Below, one piece after another: positions 40,117-51,969 of a stretch of 64,000 bases of DNA (position 1 is the first letter of the stretch; each line of letters starts with the position of its first letter). The stretch is from Octopus sinensis (Eukaryota). Both the position numbers and the translations under genes were made by a program. The notes below the pieces were generated by a model. That model made no database searches. It was not told where the DNA came from and worked only from the letters and a program-made list of their open reading frames with translations. The stretch covers positions 71,238,001 to 71,302,000 of the forward strand of contig NC_042998.1 of assembly GCF_006345805.1 (NCBI RefSeq), read 5' to 3'.

Positions 40117-42605
40117 TTAGTTACTTAGTTAATTTGGCTCAAAAGCAAATAGCAAGGCCATGTAGGGGGACATGGAGTTAAGTACAGGGTGGTGTTCATG
40201 TAAAGAGTTCAGGCCACTTGAGGTCCAGGGAGGCTTTGAACAAAGCGGTCGTCGGCATCTTTACCATCTCGTCTGGCAGCTTGTTCCACGGATCCGCAAC
40301 CCGGACGGAGAAAGCTCCTCTCCTTCGATTGAGATGAAATCGTCGCAGGTAGAGCTTTTCGGAATGACCCCGCAGCCGACGTTCTGGAGCAGGAGTGAAG
40401 AACAGCTCTTTCGAGAGGTTACACTTTCCGCTTATGATGTTGTGGGCGAGAATGAGATCACCACGGCGGCGGCGTTTTTCAAGAGAATAAAGGTCGAGCG
40501 TTCTCAGCCTTTCTTGGTAGGACAAATTTTTGAGACCATGAACCATGCGGGTAGCCAGCTTCTGGACACTTTCGAGATGCTGTATGTCTTTGAGGAGATA
40601 AGGAGTAGAGGCTTCAATCCTATACTCCAATATGGGTCTCACCAGCGTGACATAGAGTGGTAGGAATATGGCTGCTGTGAGCATTCCGAATGACCGTCGA
40701 ATCAAGAACAGAATTCCGCGTGCTTTGTTGGCAGCATGGACGCACTGGGCCGAAGGCGAAAAGGAGGAATCCACCAAGATACCCAGGTCCTTTACCTGAT
40801 CGGTCCTCTCCAGCAGCAGACGACCCGGCTCGAAATCAAGTTGAGTTGCAGGAGTAGAGCCGACAGGCAGATGACAGCACTTTGACACGTTCAGACACAG
40901 GTCCCAATCGTTAGGCCACTTCCAAATTTGGTGGAGGCATCGACGAAGATCCTCTATATTACCGCGAGGAGCGACCAGTTTGATATCGTCGGCAAATAGA
41001 AGGGTGTGTTGCGTGAGGTCGTCGAGCAAGTCATTTATGGAGACTAAGAACAACAAGGGCCCAAGCACTGAACCTTGAGGCACGCTACTGCTCGCACTGG
41101 AGACGTCGGACCGCGAACCATTAACTTGGACTTGGAAGGAGCGATCTGAGAGGAAGGCACCAACCCATCGTACAATATCCGGATGGAAACTATATGCTTG
41201 AAGCTTGACAAGTAATAGGCGGTGGTTTACCGAGTCAAAAGCTTTGGTAAAGTCCAATAAAACGATGTCAACAGCATCACTATCATCGAGGATGCACGTC
41301 ACCAATTCTTCCATTACTAGTAAGTTGGTCAAGCATGATCTCTTCGGCACGAAGCCGTGTTGAGAATCAGAGATAGAGGCTGTGTTTAGGAGGTGGAGCA
41401 TCATACTTTTCTTAAGGATGGTTTCGAACATCTTGCTAATTATTGATGTAATGGAAACCGGTCGGTAGTTAAGCGGGTCTTCGCGGCTCCCTTTCTTGAA
41501 AATTGGGCAGATTGTCGCTGTTCTCCAGTCTGCAGGTATAACACCCGTCTCCAATGACATATTGAATAGTCGTGTTAAGGGCTCGCAGATGACTGGAGCC
41601 AACGCTTTGATAACCCGTGGGTGTATGCCGTCAGGGCCGTGACCCTTGTTGACATCGAGGCCTTGAATAACACGTTTGACTTCGTCCCGCGTGATGACCA
41701 ATCGAAGCATTGGAGGTACCCATCTATCAAATGGAGGGGGTTCACGACCATCATCTTGTTTGAAAATAGTTGAAAAAGCCTCGGCAAATAATTTACTCTG
41801 TTGATAAGGGTCCTCAATCGATACGCCTGTTGAGTTTACCAACGTTGCAATCTGGTTGTTTAAGCGGGAATTCCGCTGGACATGGGCAAAGAAGGTTTTT
41901 GGATTGCTACTGGCATTTGCCGCGATTTTGTATTCATAACTGAAGCGTTCTTTCTTTTCAATTTTCACGGCTCGGTCTCGTTGAGTTTTGTACACCTCAA
42001 AAGCTGCAGTCGAATCCAGATTTTTGAATTCAGCCCAAGCAATATCTCTGACTCGACGTTCTCGTTTAACCTTCTTCGTCACCCAGGGCTTGTGTTTCTT
42101 CCTCTTGGGAAGCCCAACGGGAACTGTCTGGTCAGTCAAACAGATTACATATGTTTTGAGGGATGACCATAGTTCGTCAACTGAGGACAATGTCATCAGG
42201 GATCGCCAGTCCAGAAGCGCGGAAGCCTCGGTTAGAATTTCAAGATTAATTGCAGAGAAGACTCTACGTGGCAACGAAGTAGTCGTGGGCGTAGGAAAAG
42301 TTGTGTGCATGACGAACTTCAGGACCGCATGATCACTCTTGGCAAGAGGGGCACACACAGATACGTCTGACACTGATCTTGGATAGCGGGAGAATACCAG
42401 ATCTAGCATAGATGGCTGCTGCCCAGACCGATACCTTGTCGAATATTCAACATGTTGCGATAGAAAACAATCTTCAGCCACGTCAAGAAGGGCCTGGCCG
42501 AACCGGGAAGATGTCGACCTCGCGTGATACGAATGGCCCCGAGTTTCTGGGTATGTATCCGTCGTAAGCGCACGACAATCACCGGTCTTCGATGCGAAGG
42601 TGTCC
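40117..42605 (-). mobile_element. CR1-clade LINE, 5'-truncated, ORF2 uninterrupted (APE C-terminus, RT, C-terminal domain)
   Basis: ORF 40196..42907 contains DLVFS...SDHAVLKF, GPDGIHPRVIK, PIFKKGSREDPLNYRPVSITS, QHGFVPKRSCLTNL, DFTKAFDSV, VPQGSVLGPLLF, LFADDIKL, RLRGHS and WNKLP. Short 3' UTR ending aattaactaagtaactaa; candidate TSD caatg at 40112-40116 and 42606-42610. Confidence 0.96.
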
Positions 42606-43071
42606 CAATGCAAATACATGTATTGTTTTTTCCAGTGACGCAAAGTCACTGATCTCGAAAAAGTGTAAACAAACAAGCAAAAATAAATCTCTGGACGACG
42701 TATAAACAGTAGCTTCACGACAATGTGAAGTATATAAATATATATACGTGTGTGTGTGTTAGTGTGTATATATACATATATACGTGTACACATATATACA
42801 TCTACAGATATACATGCATATATGTGTGCATATGTGTCTGTGTGTATTGATATATTTTTCCATACACGCAAGTGTATTAGATTATTTCTTATGAAATCAT
42901 TCAGCATAGCTAAAATTTATTCCCTCACGCGCACTTGTTTCCTCATAACAATTCTTCCACATTCATTCCAGTCACTGTTTAGCTTAAACTTTACACCCTA
43001 AACACACGCACGTTTTCTGTTTAAAAATTTAATATGTTGTTGTTGTTGTTATTATTATTATTATCATTATT

Positions 43072-43278
43072 CAGTAGTTTTATTTTTATAGCGTGCTTTC
43101 ACTTCACTACCGAGCACAGCTCTGTGTGCCTTGGGTATGTGCTGTGATTTGTTGTGGTGCTCTGATGGTTATTGTATGGAAAGTGTTATGCGTAGGATGT
43201 GTGCAGTGCCTAGTAGTGCAATTTTCTGTATGTTATATGTGTTTGTAAGTCCTGGTGTTTTTGTTATGTATTTGTCTG
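43072..43278 (-). mobile_element. R4/Dong-like RLE LINE 3' end inside an (AAT)n array
   Basis: Minus strand SDKYITKTPGLTNTYNIQKIALLGTAHILRITLSIQ* plus ~100-bp 3' UTR; (AAT)n on both sides of the sense strand. Confidence 0.85.
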
Positions 43279-43475
<197 letters not shown>

Positions 43476-45689
43476 CTATGTTTGACTTTTGCTTTATATT
43501 TGTACAAGTTGGCTCCAAGTCTCACCCAGAGACCTCAAGAGACAACAGGGTTGGAAGTTCATGTTGTTGTTATGCCTAGTGTGCCATATATTTGGGGGGT
43601 GGGGATGTTGTACTAATGAATGTCTAAAAAAAAAGTTTTTTTTTTTTTTTTTTTTAAACCGAAAATTATGTTTGTTTTAAACCTTGAGATTACATAGAGA
43701 GTATTTTGCGTAGGATATGAGCAGTTCCCATGAGCACTATCTTTTGAACTTCTGCCATTTTTGGGTTTCCTGGTATCTGAGTTAGGTAGCTATCAGCCCC
43801 TTTTGCTATCATTCCCAGGGCACCTATGACAACAGGTATTGTTTTAGTCTTCAGCTTCCACATTTTGCTGATTTCTATTTCAAGATCTTTATATTTGCTC
43901 AGTTTTTGGTAGGTCTTGACAGATACGTTTATATCGATTGGGACAGTCATATCAATGAGGAGGCATGTTCTTTGTTTGAAGTCTTTCAATATGATGTCTG
44001 GCCTATTTGCATCTATCTTCCTGTCAGTTTGAATGGTGAAGTTCCAGAGGAGTGAGATGTGGTCATTTTCAAGCACTGGGGGTGGTTTGTGTTCCCACCA
44101 GTTTTTTTCATGGGGCAAATCCAGGTTTTTACAGATTACCCAGTGAATATATTGTGCAGCTCTATCGTGCCTGTTGAGATACTCTGTAGGCGCTAGAAGA
44201 CTGCACTTGGAGACCACATGGTCAATGGTTTCATTTGTTGCTTGCATACACGACACGTTGGACTGCTTCTGATCTTTAATATGTTGGCCTGGTAGTTTCT
44301 TGTTGGTAGGCATTGATCTTGAGCTGCTATGATAAACCCCTCTGTTTCAGATTTTAAGCCAGAGGCCATTAGCCATTGATGGGTCAGGGCTTTGTCGATA
44401 TCTGCATTATTCGCTCTCTTTGGGTATTTGCCATAGAGAGGTTTTTCTTGCCATTTATTATTCAGAATATCTAAGGCCGCAGTTTTGGCACGGGTTTTCA
44501 TGCGCCTAGCTTTTTCTGTGCTTGTTTCTTGTATATCTATCTCTAATTCCGAAATTGGTTGTATTCGGAATTCACTTAGATATTCCTTTGCCTGTTTTGT
44601 GACTGAGTATGATGCTTTCTTGTTTTCATGTTTTGAGACAAGTTTTAACATCCAGTCCTCAGAGTGTTTCAGGTAGGTGTCTTGGCCAATTGTAGCAATC
44701 TTCATTGTTATTGCCAGTTGCAAAAGACCACGGCCTCCCTCTTTTCTTGGCAGATAGAATCGTTCTGTATCTGCCTCAGGGTGGTGCATTCTATGCATTG
44801 TTAACAGTTTCCTTATTTTTCTGTCGAGCTGACATATTTCAGTAATTGACCAGTTAACAATATTGAAACTGTAAGTCACGACTGGTATAGCTAATGCATT
44901 GATTGCTTCGATCCTGTTTCTTGCATTCAGCTCTGTCTTGAGTATTGCTCTCACTCTTCGATAGCATTCTCTCCTGATCCTTTCCTTCATCTCTGAATGC
45001 CTTATTCCGTTCCCTTCAATTACCCCTAGGTACTTGTAGCTCTCCGCTGGGTCTAGTTCTTTTATGACATTCTGTTGGTCAAGGTTAACGTTAGATGTTT
45101 CTGTCATTTTTCCTTTGATAAACGTAGCCTTGGCACATTTATCGAGGCCGAATTGCATTCTGATGTCGTCACTGAATTGTTTGACTATCGCTAGTAAGCC
45201 CTTGAGTTGTTGATCATTTTTTGCAAAAAGCTTTAAATCATCCATGTAAACGAGATGATTTATATTTTTATCAAACATTTTATACCCGTACTGCGCGTCA
45301 TTGAGCAGCTTTGAGAGAGGTATTAAGGATAAACAAAAGAGGAGTGGTGACAGTGAGTCACCCTGGAAAATGCCACACGAAATTTTTACATCACCAGCAT
45401 TTAGGGATTCACTGTCACTGTTCAGAGTTAGTGTGGTTCTCCATGATCTCATATTTACAGTCAAGAAGTTTCGCAGAGTTGGTGCTATCTATACATTTCA
45501 AGGCATTTCCTAATCCAGCTATGTGGTAGGCTATCAAAAGCCTTTTTTATAGTCTATCCAGGCTATTGATAAGTTTTTGTGTCGTTTGTGACAATCTTCT
45601 AAGATCATCTTATTGATGAGTAGTTGGTCTTTACAGCCGTAGGATCCACGTTTACATCATTTCTGTTCATTAGGGAATATGCTGCTGTC

Positions 45690-45691
<2 letters not shown>
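43476..45691 (-). mobile_element. R4/Dong-like RLE LINE, 5'-truncated within RT, few lesions
   Basis: [23 protein letters not shown]...[37 protein letters not shown] knuckle CRVCKQQ(N)ETIDHVVSKC split by a -1 frameshift, RHDR, NRPDII...IDMTVP...KLSKYKDL and IVLMGTAHILRKILSM* (43690). (AAT)n directly on both sides. Confidence 0.96.
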
Positions 45692-45721
<30 letters not shown>

Positions 45722-45722
45722 G

Positions 45723-45767
<45 letters not shown>

Positions 45768-46094
45768 GATCAGTGCATGCCATCAAAGTGACACTGGGGT
45801 AAAATATACGAAGCCCAGTATACCCATCATGACTACGCGTCTGATAAGGATACACTAGGCACATGCATCACAACCATATGTGCGCGACATGGTGATCTCA
45901 TATCAAGATAAACAGCACATGACCTTGTAAGTGTGGCCCAGTTAGAATTTTCTTCTGGTCGAGTAACCCATTCCGCTCAAAAAGTCCCTGAATAAGGGTT
46001 GTTTAACGATGTTGAACGAAACTCTCATGTTTCCAGAGGTGGATTATTCAAACCCCAAAAAATCCCTCTCAACACATGGCTATGGTGCTCCCCC
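45768..46094 (-). mobile_element. Family D non-coding interspersed element, 5'-truncated copy
   Basis: Reverse complement of the 3' ~330 bp of 55332-55877; (ATT)n on both sides on the plus strand. Confidence 0.85.
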
Positions 46095-46110
46095 GTTATT
46101 ATTATTATTA

Positions 46111-46170
<60 letters not shown>

Positions 46171-46186
46171 GTAGTAGTAGTAGTAG

Positions 46187-46665
46187 TTTGTTTTGATTGT
46201 AGTTCGGTCTTATTCCTGGTAGGATATGTGTGTAACGGATTACTACTTGTAACCTTAGGTATCCACAAATTTTTAGATGCCTTTTATGTGCTTGGAACAC
46301 TCCTGATAATCCTTGCTGTCCCTAGGAGATAAACTTTCAGTAGGAGCTCCATCGGTCATTCTATTCCAACATCCTTAAGCCAATTCTCAACGCACCAATA
46401 ATTATAGGCACAACACTTACTGTTCTTATGCCCTAAATTCTTCCTATTTCAAATTTTAAGAAATTGTATTGTTTTTATTTTTCATCCTCTTTCTCAACGG
46501 TCCTGGAATCAAACGGGCATGATGGGACCATTGGTAAAAACCTTCGTTTTTCCTTATCTATAATTGTTAGGCCTGGTCTATTGTTTTCTAACTTCTTGTC
46601 TGTTTGAATAGGAAAGTCCCTCAAAATCTTACATTTCTCCGACTACAGTACTCTTTCGACCCGGT
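46187..46665 (-). mobile_element. RLE LINE 3' fragment
   Basis: KILRDFPIQTDKKLENNRPGLTIIDK...CPFD...SVVPIIIGAL...LLGTARIIRSV plus a 3' UTR running into (ACT)n(AAT)n. Confidence 0.85.
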
Positions 46666-46667
46666 GA

Positions 46668-46850
46668 TTCTTCTTCTTCTTCTTCTTCTTCTTCTTCTTC
46701 TTCTTCTTCTTCTCTTCTTCTTCTTCTTCTTCTTCTTCTTCTTCTTTTTTTTCTTCTTCTTCTTCTTTTTTTTTCTTCTTCTTCTTCTTCTTCTTCTTCT
46801 TCTTCTTCTTCTTCTTCTTTCTTCTTCTTCTTCTTCTTCTTCTTCTTCTC
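46668..46850. repeat. (CTT)n polypyrimidine microsatellite
   Basis: Direct reading. Confidence 0.97.
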
Positions 46851-46904
46851 CCCTCCCCCCTCCTTATCACCATCATCATCACCATAGTCATTATTATTCC
46901 TTTG

Positions 46905-48515
46905 GTACACAGTGTAGGTAAAAATGCACCTGAGACTTTAGTCATCTGCAAGTCACAACAAGGACCTCAGACATAATATTTCCTTAAGATGTGTGCTGTA
47001 TCTAATAAAAATGGTTTTGCAAGACATCAATCTTGCATAGGATTTCCAGTCGCTTTAAGAAATTTTGAAGTTTCATTGGGATTGAGCCAAACGCTCCGAT
47101 CTCCACTGGTATTACTTTAAATTATCCTTTCGCTTTCCATACAGTCTTGCTGATTCCACTTTCAGTTCGGTGTACTTGGTAATATTTTCAACCTCTTTAG
47201 TCACAACATTCATGTCATTTGGTATGTTTACTTCAATAATCTGACAGTATTTTTCTATCTTATTCAATATGACAATATTCGGCCGACGGTGTTCGATTAC
47301 ACGATCCGTCTGAAAATCTTAGTCACAGAGTATCATTCCTTTTACATCCTCCTGCATAACTTTACTTGGTACATCAGCATACCAGTTCTAGGTTACTTCA
47401 TATTGGCATTTATGGCATAAGAGCCAATGAAGATACACAGACACTTAATCCTGGCGGAGCTTGTATTCTTTTTGTGAAAAGCTCTCACATCTATTTACAA
47501 AGTGAGACACATTTTCCGTCCTCTTTCTGAGTGTCAGAAGTTTTATAAATGTTATACTTCAATGAATTAGTAGCGGGACCCTAGTCTTGTGCAGTAATGA
47601 CCAAGCTTTCGGTAAGTACGCTTCAAATTACCTCGATCAAGCCATGCCCACGATGCTGTATTATCCTTAACGTCTTGTGTGTTCGTTTCACACTGCCCAT
47701 GCATTTTTATTTCGAAGTCTTCTTTCCTCTTCGCCTCAGCTCTTTGGTTAAACTCTTCCTTGCCCATAATTTCATCTGCATTTACACCCATATCTTTCGC
47801 GGCATATTGCAGCAGAACTATTTATCAAATACTCGGCAAGCATTCTCCTTTCACTCGCTATATAATAGTCTATATTCATTAGTTTTCTGCCACCATTCTT
47901 TCGTTTCATATACTGTTTGTTTACGTTTGCTTGAGAGTGTAGCGCCCCATTCACTGTAATAAACTGTCTCGTCCTTCTATCCAGCGTTGTCAACTTTCTC
48001 TTCCTTCTATCCAGCGTTGATATATCCTCCTTAGTCCTTTTGCGGATGGAAGCACTCTATCTGACCACAGCAACTACTCAGATATTCATTGCGGTAATCA
48101 AATGTTTGACATTCAGGTTGGATTTCAACACCATCTTCATCATTTTTTGATACGCCTCGCTGGCATTGACTCGCTTTTCTTTGTGTAGAATGTCATTCAG
48201 GTCCAAAATCCCTAAATATCTAAACCCACTACAGTTGGGTACAGCCATGGTCTCTCCTGACGGTAACCGCAATCATCTTCAGTCTAATCTCTTCCCTCTT
48301 TTCATATTAAGAATTGGGCATTTGATAATACCAAATTCCATACCAATGTTACTACCACACTTCTAGAATGTTTTGGTTAAGGAATGTATCGGTTTTTCAG
48401 ATTTCCCAAACAATTTCAGGTCATCCATACACAGGAGATAGGACTTCAATAATAAGACTTTCTTCCCACATCGGTAATCTATCTTAACTTTCTTAAATGT
48501 CATTGGTATTCCTTA
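46905..48515 (-). mobile_element. Degenerate RLE LINE (RT C-half to RLE)
   Basis: LCMDDLKLFG, FRYLGIL, LDRRTRQFITVNGALH, ESLVITAQD, DFQTDRVIEHRRPNIVI...IEVNIPND...TKYTELK, IPVEIGAFG and LLDTAHILRK. Confidence 0.88.
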
Positions 48516-48684
48516 TTTCGAACTCAAACATTTACGTCTATTTAACCATCTCACATCGTCTCTAATGAAGGGATATTCATAATATCGCAGAAACAGCTGT
48601 AAGCCTACCTCTATTCCTCTTTTCTTATAATGTCCTGAAAACGCCTCACAGCCTCGACTTTGTTATCTGTTTTTGTATTATATA

Positions 48685-48770
<86 letters not shown>

Positions 48771-48846
48771 GTATGTATAAATGCATTCTAATACAAGACC
48801 CACTTTAAATCCTCACTCGTATCACTATCTAACTCGGTCTGTCCAT

Positions 48847-49449
48847 AGCATCCAGTCAATATCATGGTGATTGGAGTGATCACTTGTGACAGCGACGTCA
48901 TGCCTCCATTCATCTTCCCACACAGTCTCATCCTCAACACGAAGGCCTATATCAATGCTTGGAGGAGGTAGTGCTGCCCTGGGTAAAGAGGGTGGCTTCT
49001 AGCAGATCCTATATCTGGCAACAAGACTCTGAACCATGCCACACAAGCAGGGGAACTCAGTTATGACTACCGGAAACTTCTGCGACCACATAACCCCTAG
49101 CATCTGGCCACCTAACGTCCCGGACTACAATCCCCTTGATTATTAAGTGAGGGGCGTAGTTGAGCCAGAGACCAACAAAACTCCTTGTAACACCAAACAT
49201 GAACTGAAGTATAAGATTATGGCAGCATTGAGCGACTTAAACAAGGAGACGGTCCAGAAGAGCTGCAGGAATTTCGACAGTCGTCTGGAGCCCGTGTTTG
49301 AAGTCAATGGCGATTTTATTGGATAAATTTTCTGTTTAGTATTTCAAGATATTTTAATGTAATTTTGGTAAATATAATAGTTAAAATGTGATATCAGTGT
49401 TATTTTCCCCTTTGCGTAATTTAGACGGCAATTTATTCACTGCACTCTG
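48847..49449 (+). mobile_element. DD37D/maT transposase remnant with 3' TIR
   Basis: HPVNIMVIGVI..SDVMPPFIFP...WQQDSEPCHT...NFCDHITPSIWPPNVPDYNPLDY; motif spacing fits 37 residues between D2 and D3 once a frameshift is corrected. Ends gacggcaatttattcactgcactctg followed by TA. Confidence 0.88.
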
Positions 49450-50123
49450 TATAAAGATATATACACATGCACATACATTTCACAGCTGGCTGTAGTCGAG
49501 CAGACACGTCTGAACTTCTGTATTCAGGACCGATTAGTGTCCCTAATCAGTAAACGAATAGAAATTTGTAAACGGAGCAGTAAATGAATGAACTGTATTT
49601 TATAGTCCACAAACACATATATATATCAATATTTTTTAGAAAATTTGTTTGATGATAATATTTATTTCAATTATATATTCCACTCTAACTTCTCTTTCGT
49701 AATATAACTGTAGAAATATATTGATTGCAATCATTAGTTCTTTTATCATGCATTTTTATTGTACGATCTAACATTATTTATAGTCTCTGCATTTGGTTTT
49801 CATTTTTAAATAACAGAACCAAGAATATAAATTGGAAAATAAATTGGCATCTTAGAAGATATTTCCTTATTCTACTTCATTGCTATCAAAGACATTATAT
49901 TACTAATTGAAATGTATTAGTCAATAGTCTTCAAAGTGTATTTTCTCGTTTCCGTTCATAGAATTGTATTAAATGTTGAACGAAAATAAGTAAACTATTT
50001 CTTTGTTTTTGAATTAAGCTGCAAGAACATATTAGTTCCTAAGTGTAAGATCGTAATGCTTGTATGCATAAATATATATGTAGGCATACATACGTACATG
50101 CATACAAACATTCCTACATACAT

Positions 50124-50553
50124 GGCGCAGGAGAGGCTATGTGTTAAGTAGCTTGCTTACCAACCACATGGTTCCGGGTTCATTTCCAATGCATGACACC
50201 TTGCGTATGTGTCTTTGCTATAGCCTCAGGCCGACCAAAGCCATGTGAGTGGATTAGGTAGACAGAAACTGAAGGAAACCCGTAGTACATACATACACAC
50301 ACACACACCTATGTATGTATGTATATGTTTGTGTGTTTGTGTTTATCCTCCCACCCTCACGTGGCAACCGATGTTGGTGTGTTTACGTCCCCACAACATT
50401 ATCGGTTCGGCAAAACAACCGATAGAATAAGCACTAGGGTTAGAAAGAATAAGTCCTGCGGTCGATTTGTCCGACCAAAAACGGTCCACCATGCTCCACC
50501 ATGGCCGCAGTCAAATTACTGAAACATATCATAGAACAAAAGAATAAAAGAAT
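50124..50553 (+). mobile_element. SINE family A
   Basis: Runs from ggcgcaggagaggctatgtg to gcagtcaaattactgaaac. Confidence 0.9.
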
Positions 50554-50574
50554 ACGTATGTGCTCTGTGTATGC

Positions 50575-50641
50575 TTCTTCTTCTTCTTCTTCTTCTTCTC
50601 TTCTTCTTCTTCTTCTTCTTCTTCTTCTTCTTCTACTGCTG

Positions 50642-50690
<49 letters not shown>

Positions 50691-50700
50691 AACTACTACT
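50575..50700. repeat. (CTT)n(CTA)n microsatellite
   Basis: Direct reading. Confidence 0.96.
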
Positions 50701-50720
50701 TCCTATTGTAGTTGTTGAAA

Positions 50721-51300
50721 GGTGGCGAGCTGGCACAATCGTTTGCACGCCGGGCAAAATGCTTAGCGGTATTTCGTCTCCCGTTACGTTCTGAGTTCAA
50801 ATTCCACCGAGGTTGACTTTGCCTATCATCCTTTCGGGGTCGATTAAATAAGTACCAGTAACGCACTGGGGTCGATATAATCGACTTAATCCGTTTGTCT
50901 GTCCTTGTTTGTCCTCTCAGTGTTTAGCCCCTTGTGGTTAGTAAAGGAATAGGCATTTCGTCTGCCGCTACGATTTGAATTCAAAATCAGCTGAGATCGA
51001 TTTTGCTTTTTAACCTTTCGGTGTCGATTAAATGAGTACCAGTTACACACTGGAGTCGATGTAATCGACTTAATCGGTATGTCTGTCCTTGTTTGTCCTC
51101 TCAGTGTTTAGCCCCTTGTGGTTAGTAAAGGAATAGGTATTTCGTCTGCCGCTACGATTTGAGTTCAAAATCAGCCGAGATCGATTTTGTTTTTTATCCT
51201 TTCGGTGTCGATTAAATGAGTACCAGTTACACAATGGGGTCGATGTAATCGACTTAATCGTTTCCCCAAATTTTAAGCCTTGCGTTACCGGTAGAAAGGA
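50721..51300 (+). mobile_element. SINE family B with three tandem internal units (184-bp period)
   Basis: Units start atttcgtct at 50771, 50955 and 51139. One tRNA-like head at 50721 and one tail ending gtagaaagg then (ATT)n. Confidence 0.92.
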
Positions 51301-51370
51301 TTATTATTATTATTATGATTATTATTGTTGTTGTTATTGTTGTTTTTGTTGTTGCTGTTGTTGATTTTCA

Positions 51371-51585
51371 AAGGTGGCGATCTGGCAGAATCGTTAGCAC
51401 GCGGGACGAAATGCTTAGCTGTATTTCCCATCTCACTAAGTTCTGAGTTCAAATTCCGCCGAGGTCGACTTTGCTTTTCATTCTTTCTGGGACGATAGAT
51501 TAAGTACCAATGAGACACTTGTGTCGATGTAATCGACTAGTTTCTACCCCTAACAAAAATCAGGCCTTGTACCATACTAGAAAGG

Positions 51586-51586
<1 letters not shown>
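51371..51586 (+). mobile_element. SINE family B monomer with (ATT)n tail
   Basis: aaggtggcgatctggcagaatcgttagcac...caggccttgtaccatactagaaagg then attatt. Confidence 0.9.
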
Positions 51587-51627
<41 letters not shown>

Positions 51628-51704
51628 GTTGTTGTTGTTGTTGTGTTGTTGTTGTTGTTGTAGTTGTTGTTGTTGTTGTTATTGTCGTGGTTATGGTGTT
51701 GTAC

Positions 51705-51940
51705 TAGTAGCTATCGTGTTGCACTCACGATCGCGCGGTCGTGGTTTCAAATCTTAGATCGGATGGTGCGTTGTGTTCTTGAGTAAAATACTTGATCTCA
51801 CGTTGTTCTGCGACGACTTCGGTACCTGACGTATGGTACAACGCGCACCTGCTCAGGTAACGTCGATTTGATTGAGCGTGTGTCATGATCATACATTTAA
51901 TCACTGGAAACAAATCATTTCTGCAGGTCGTTCGGAAAGA
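51705..51940 (+). mobile_element. Diverged tRNA-type SINE of another family
   Basis: B-box-like gtggtttcaaatc followed by gttgtgttcttgagtaaaatactt, similar to common SINE central boxes. Single copy in the window. Confidence 0.45.
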
Positions 51941-51969
51941 GTTGAAAGCTCATACGTTGTCTTCGACGG

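Noticed and set aside
40172-42332. Antisense and alternate-frame ORFs over the CR1 element (40172..40663, 41882..42166, 41988..42332)
   Set aside because: Shadow ORFs expected in GC-rich coding DNA; no independent motifs.
42606-42907. N-terminal ~100 aa of the 903-aa ORF
   Set aside because: AT-rich host flank and TA/TG repeat that happens to be in frame; it lies outside the candidate TSD and is not part of the LINE protein.
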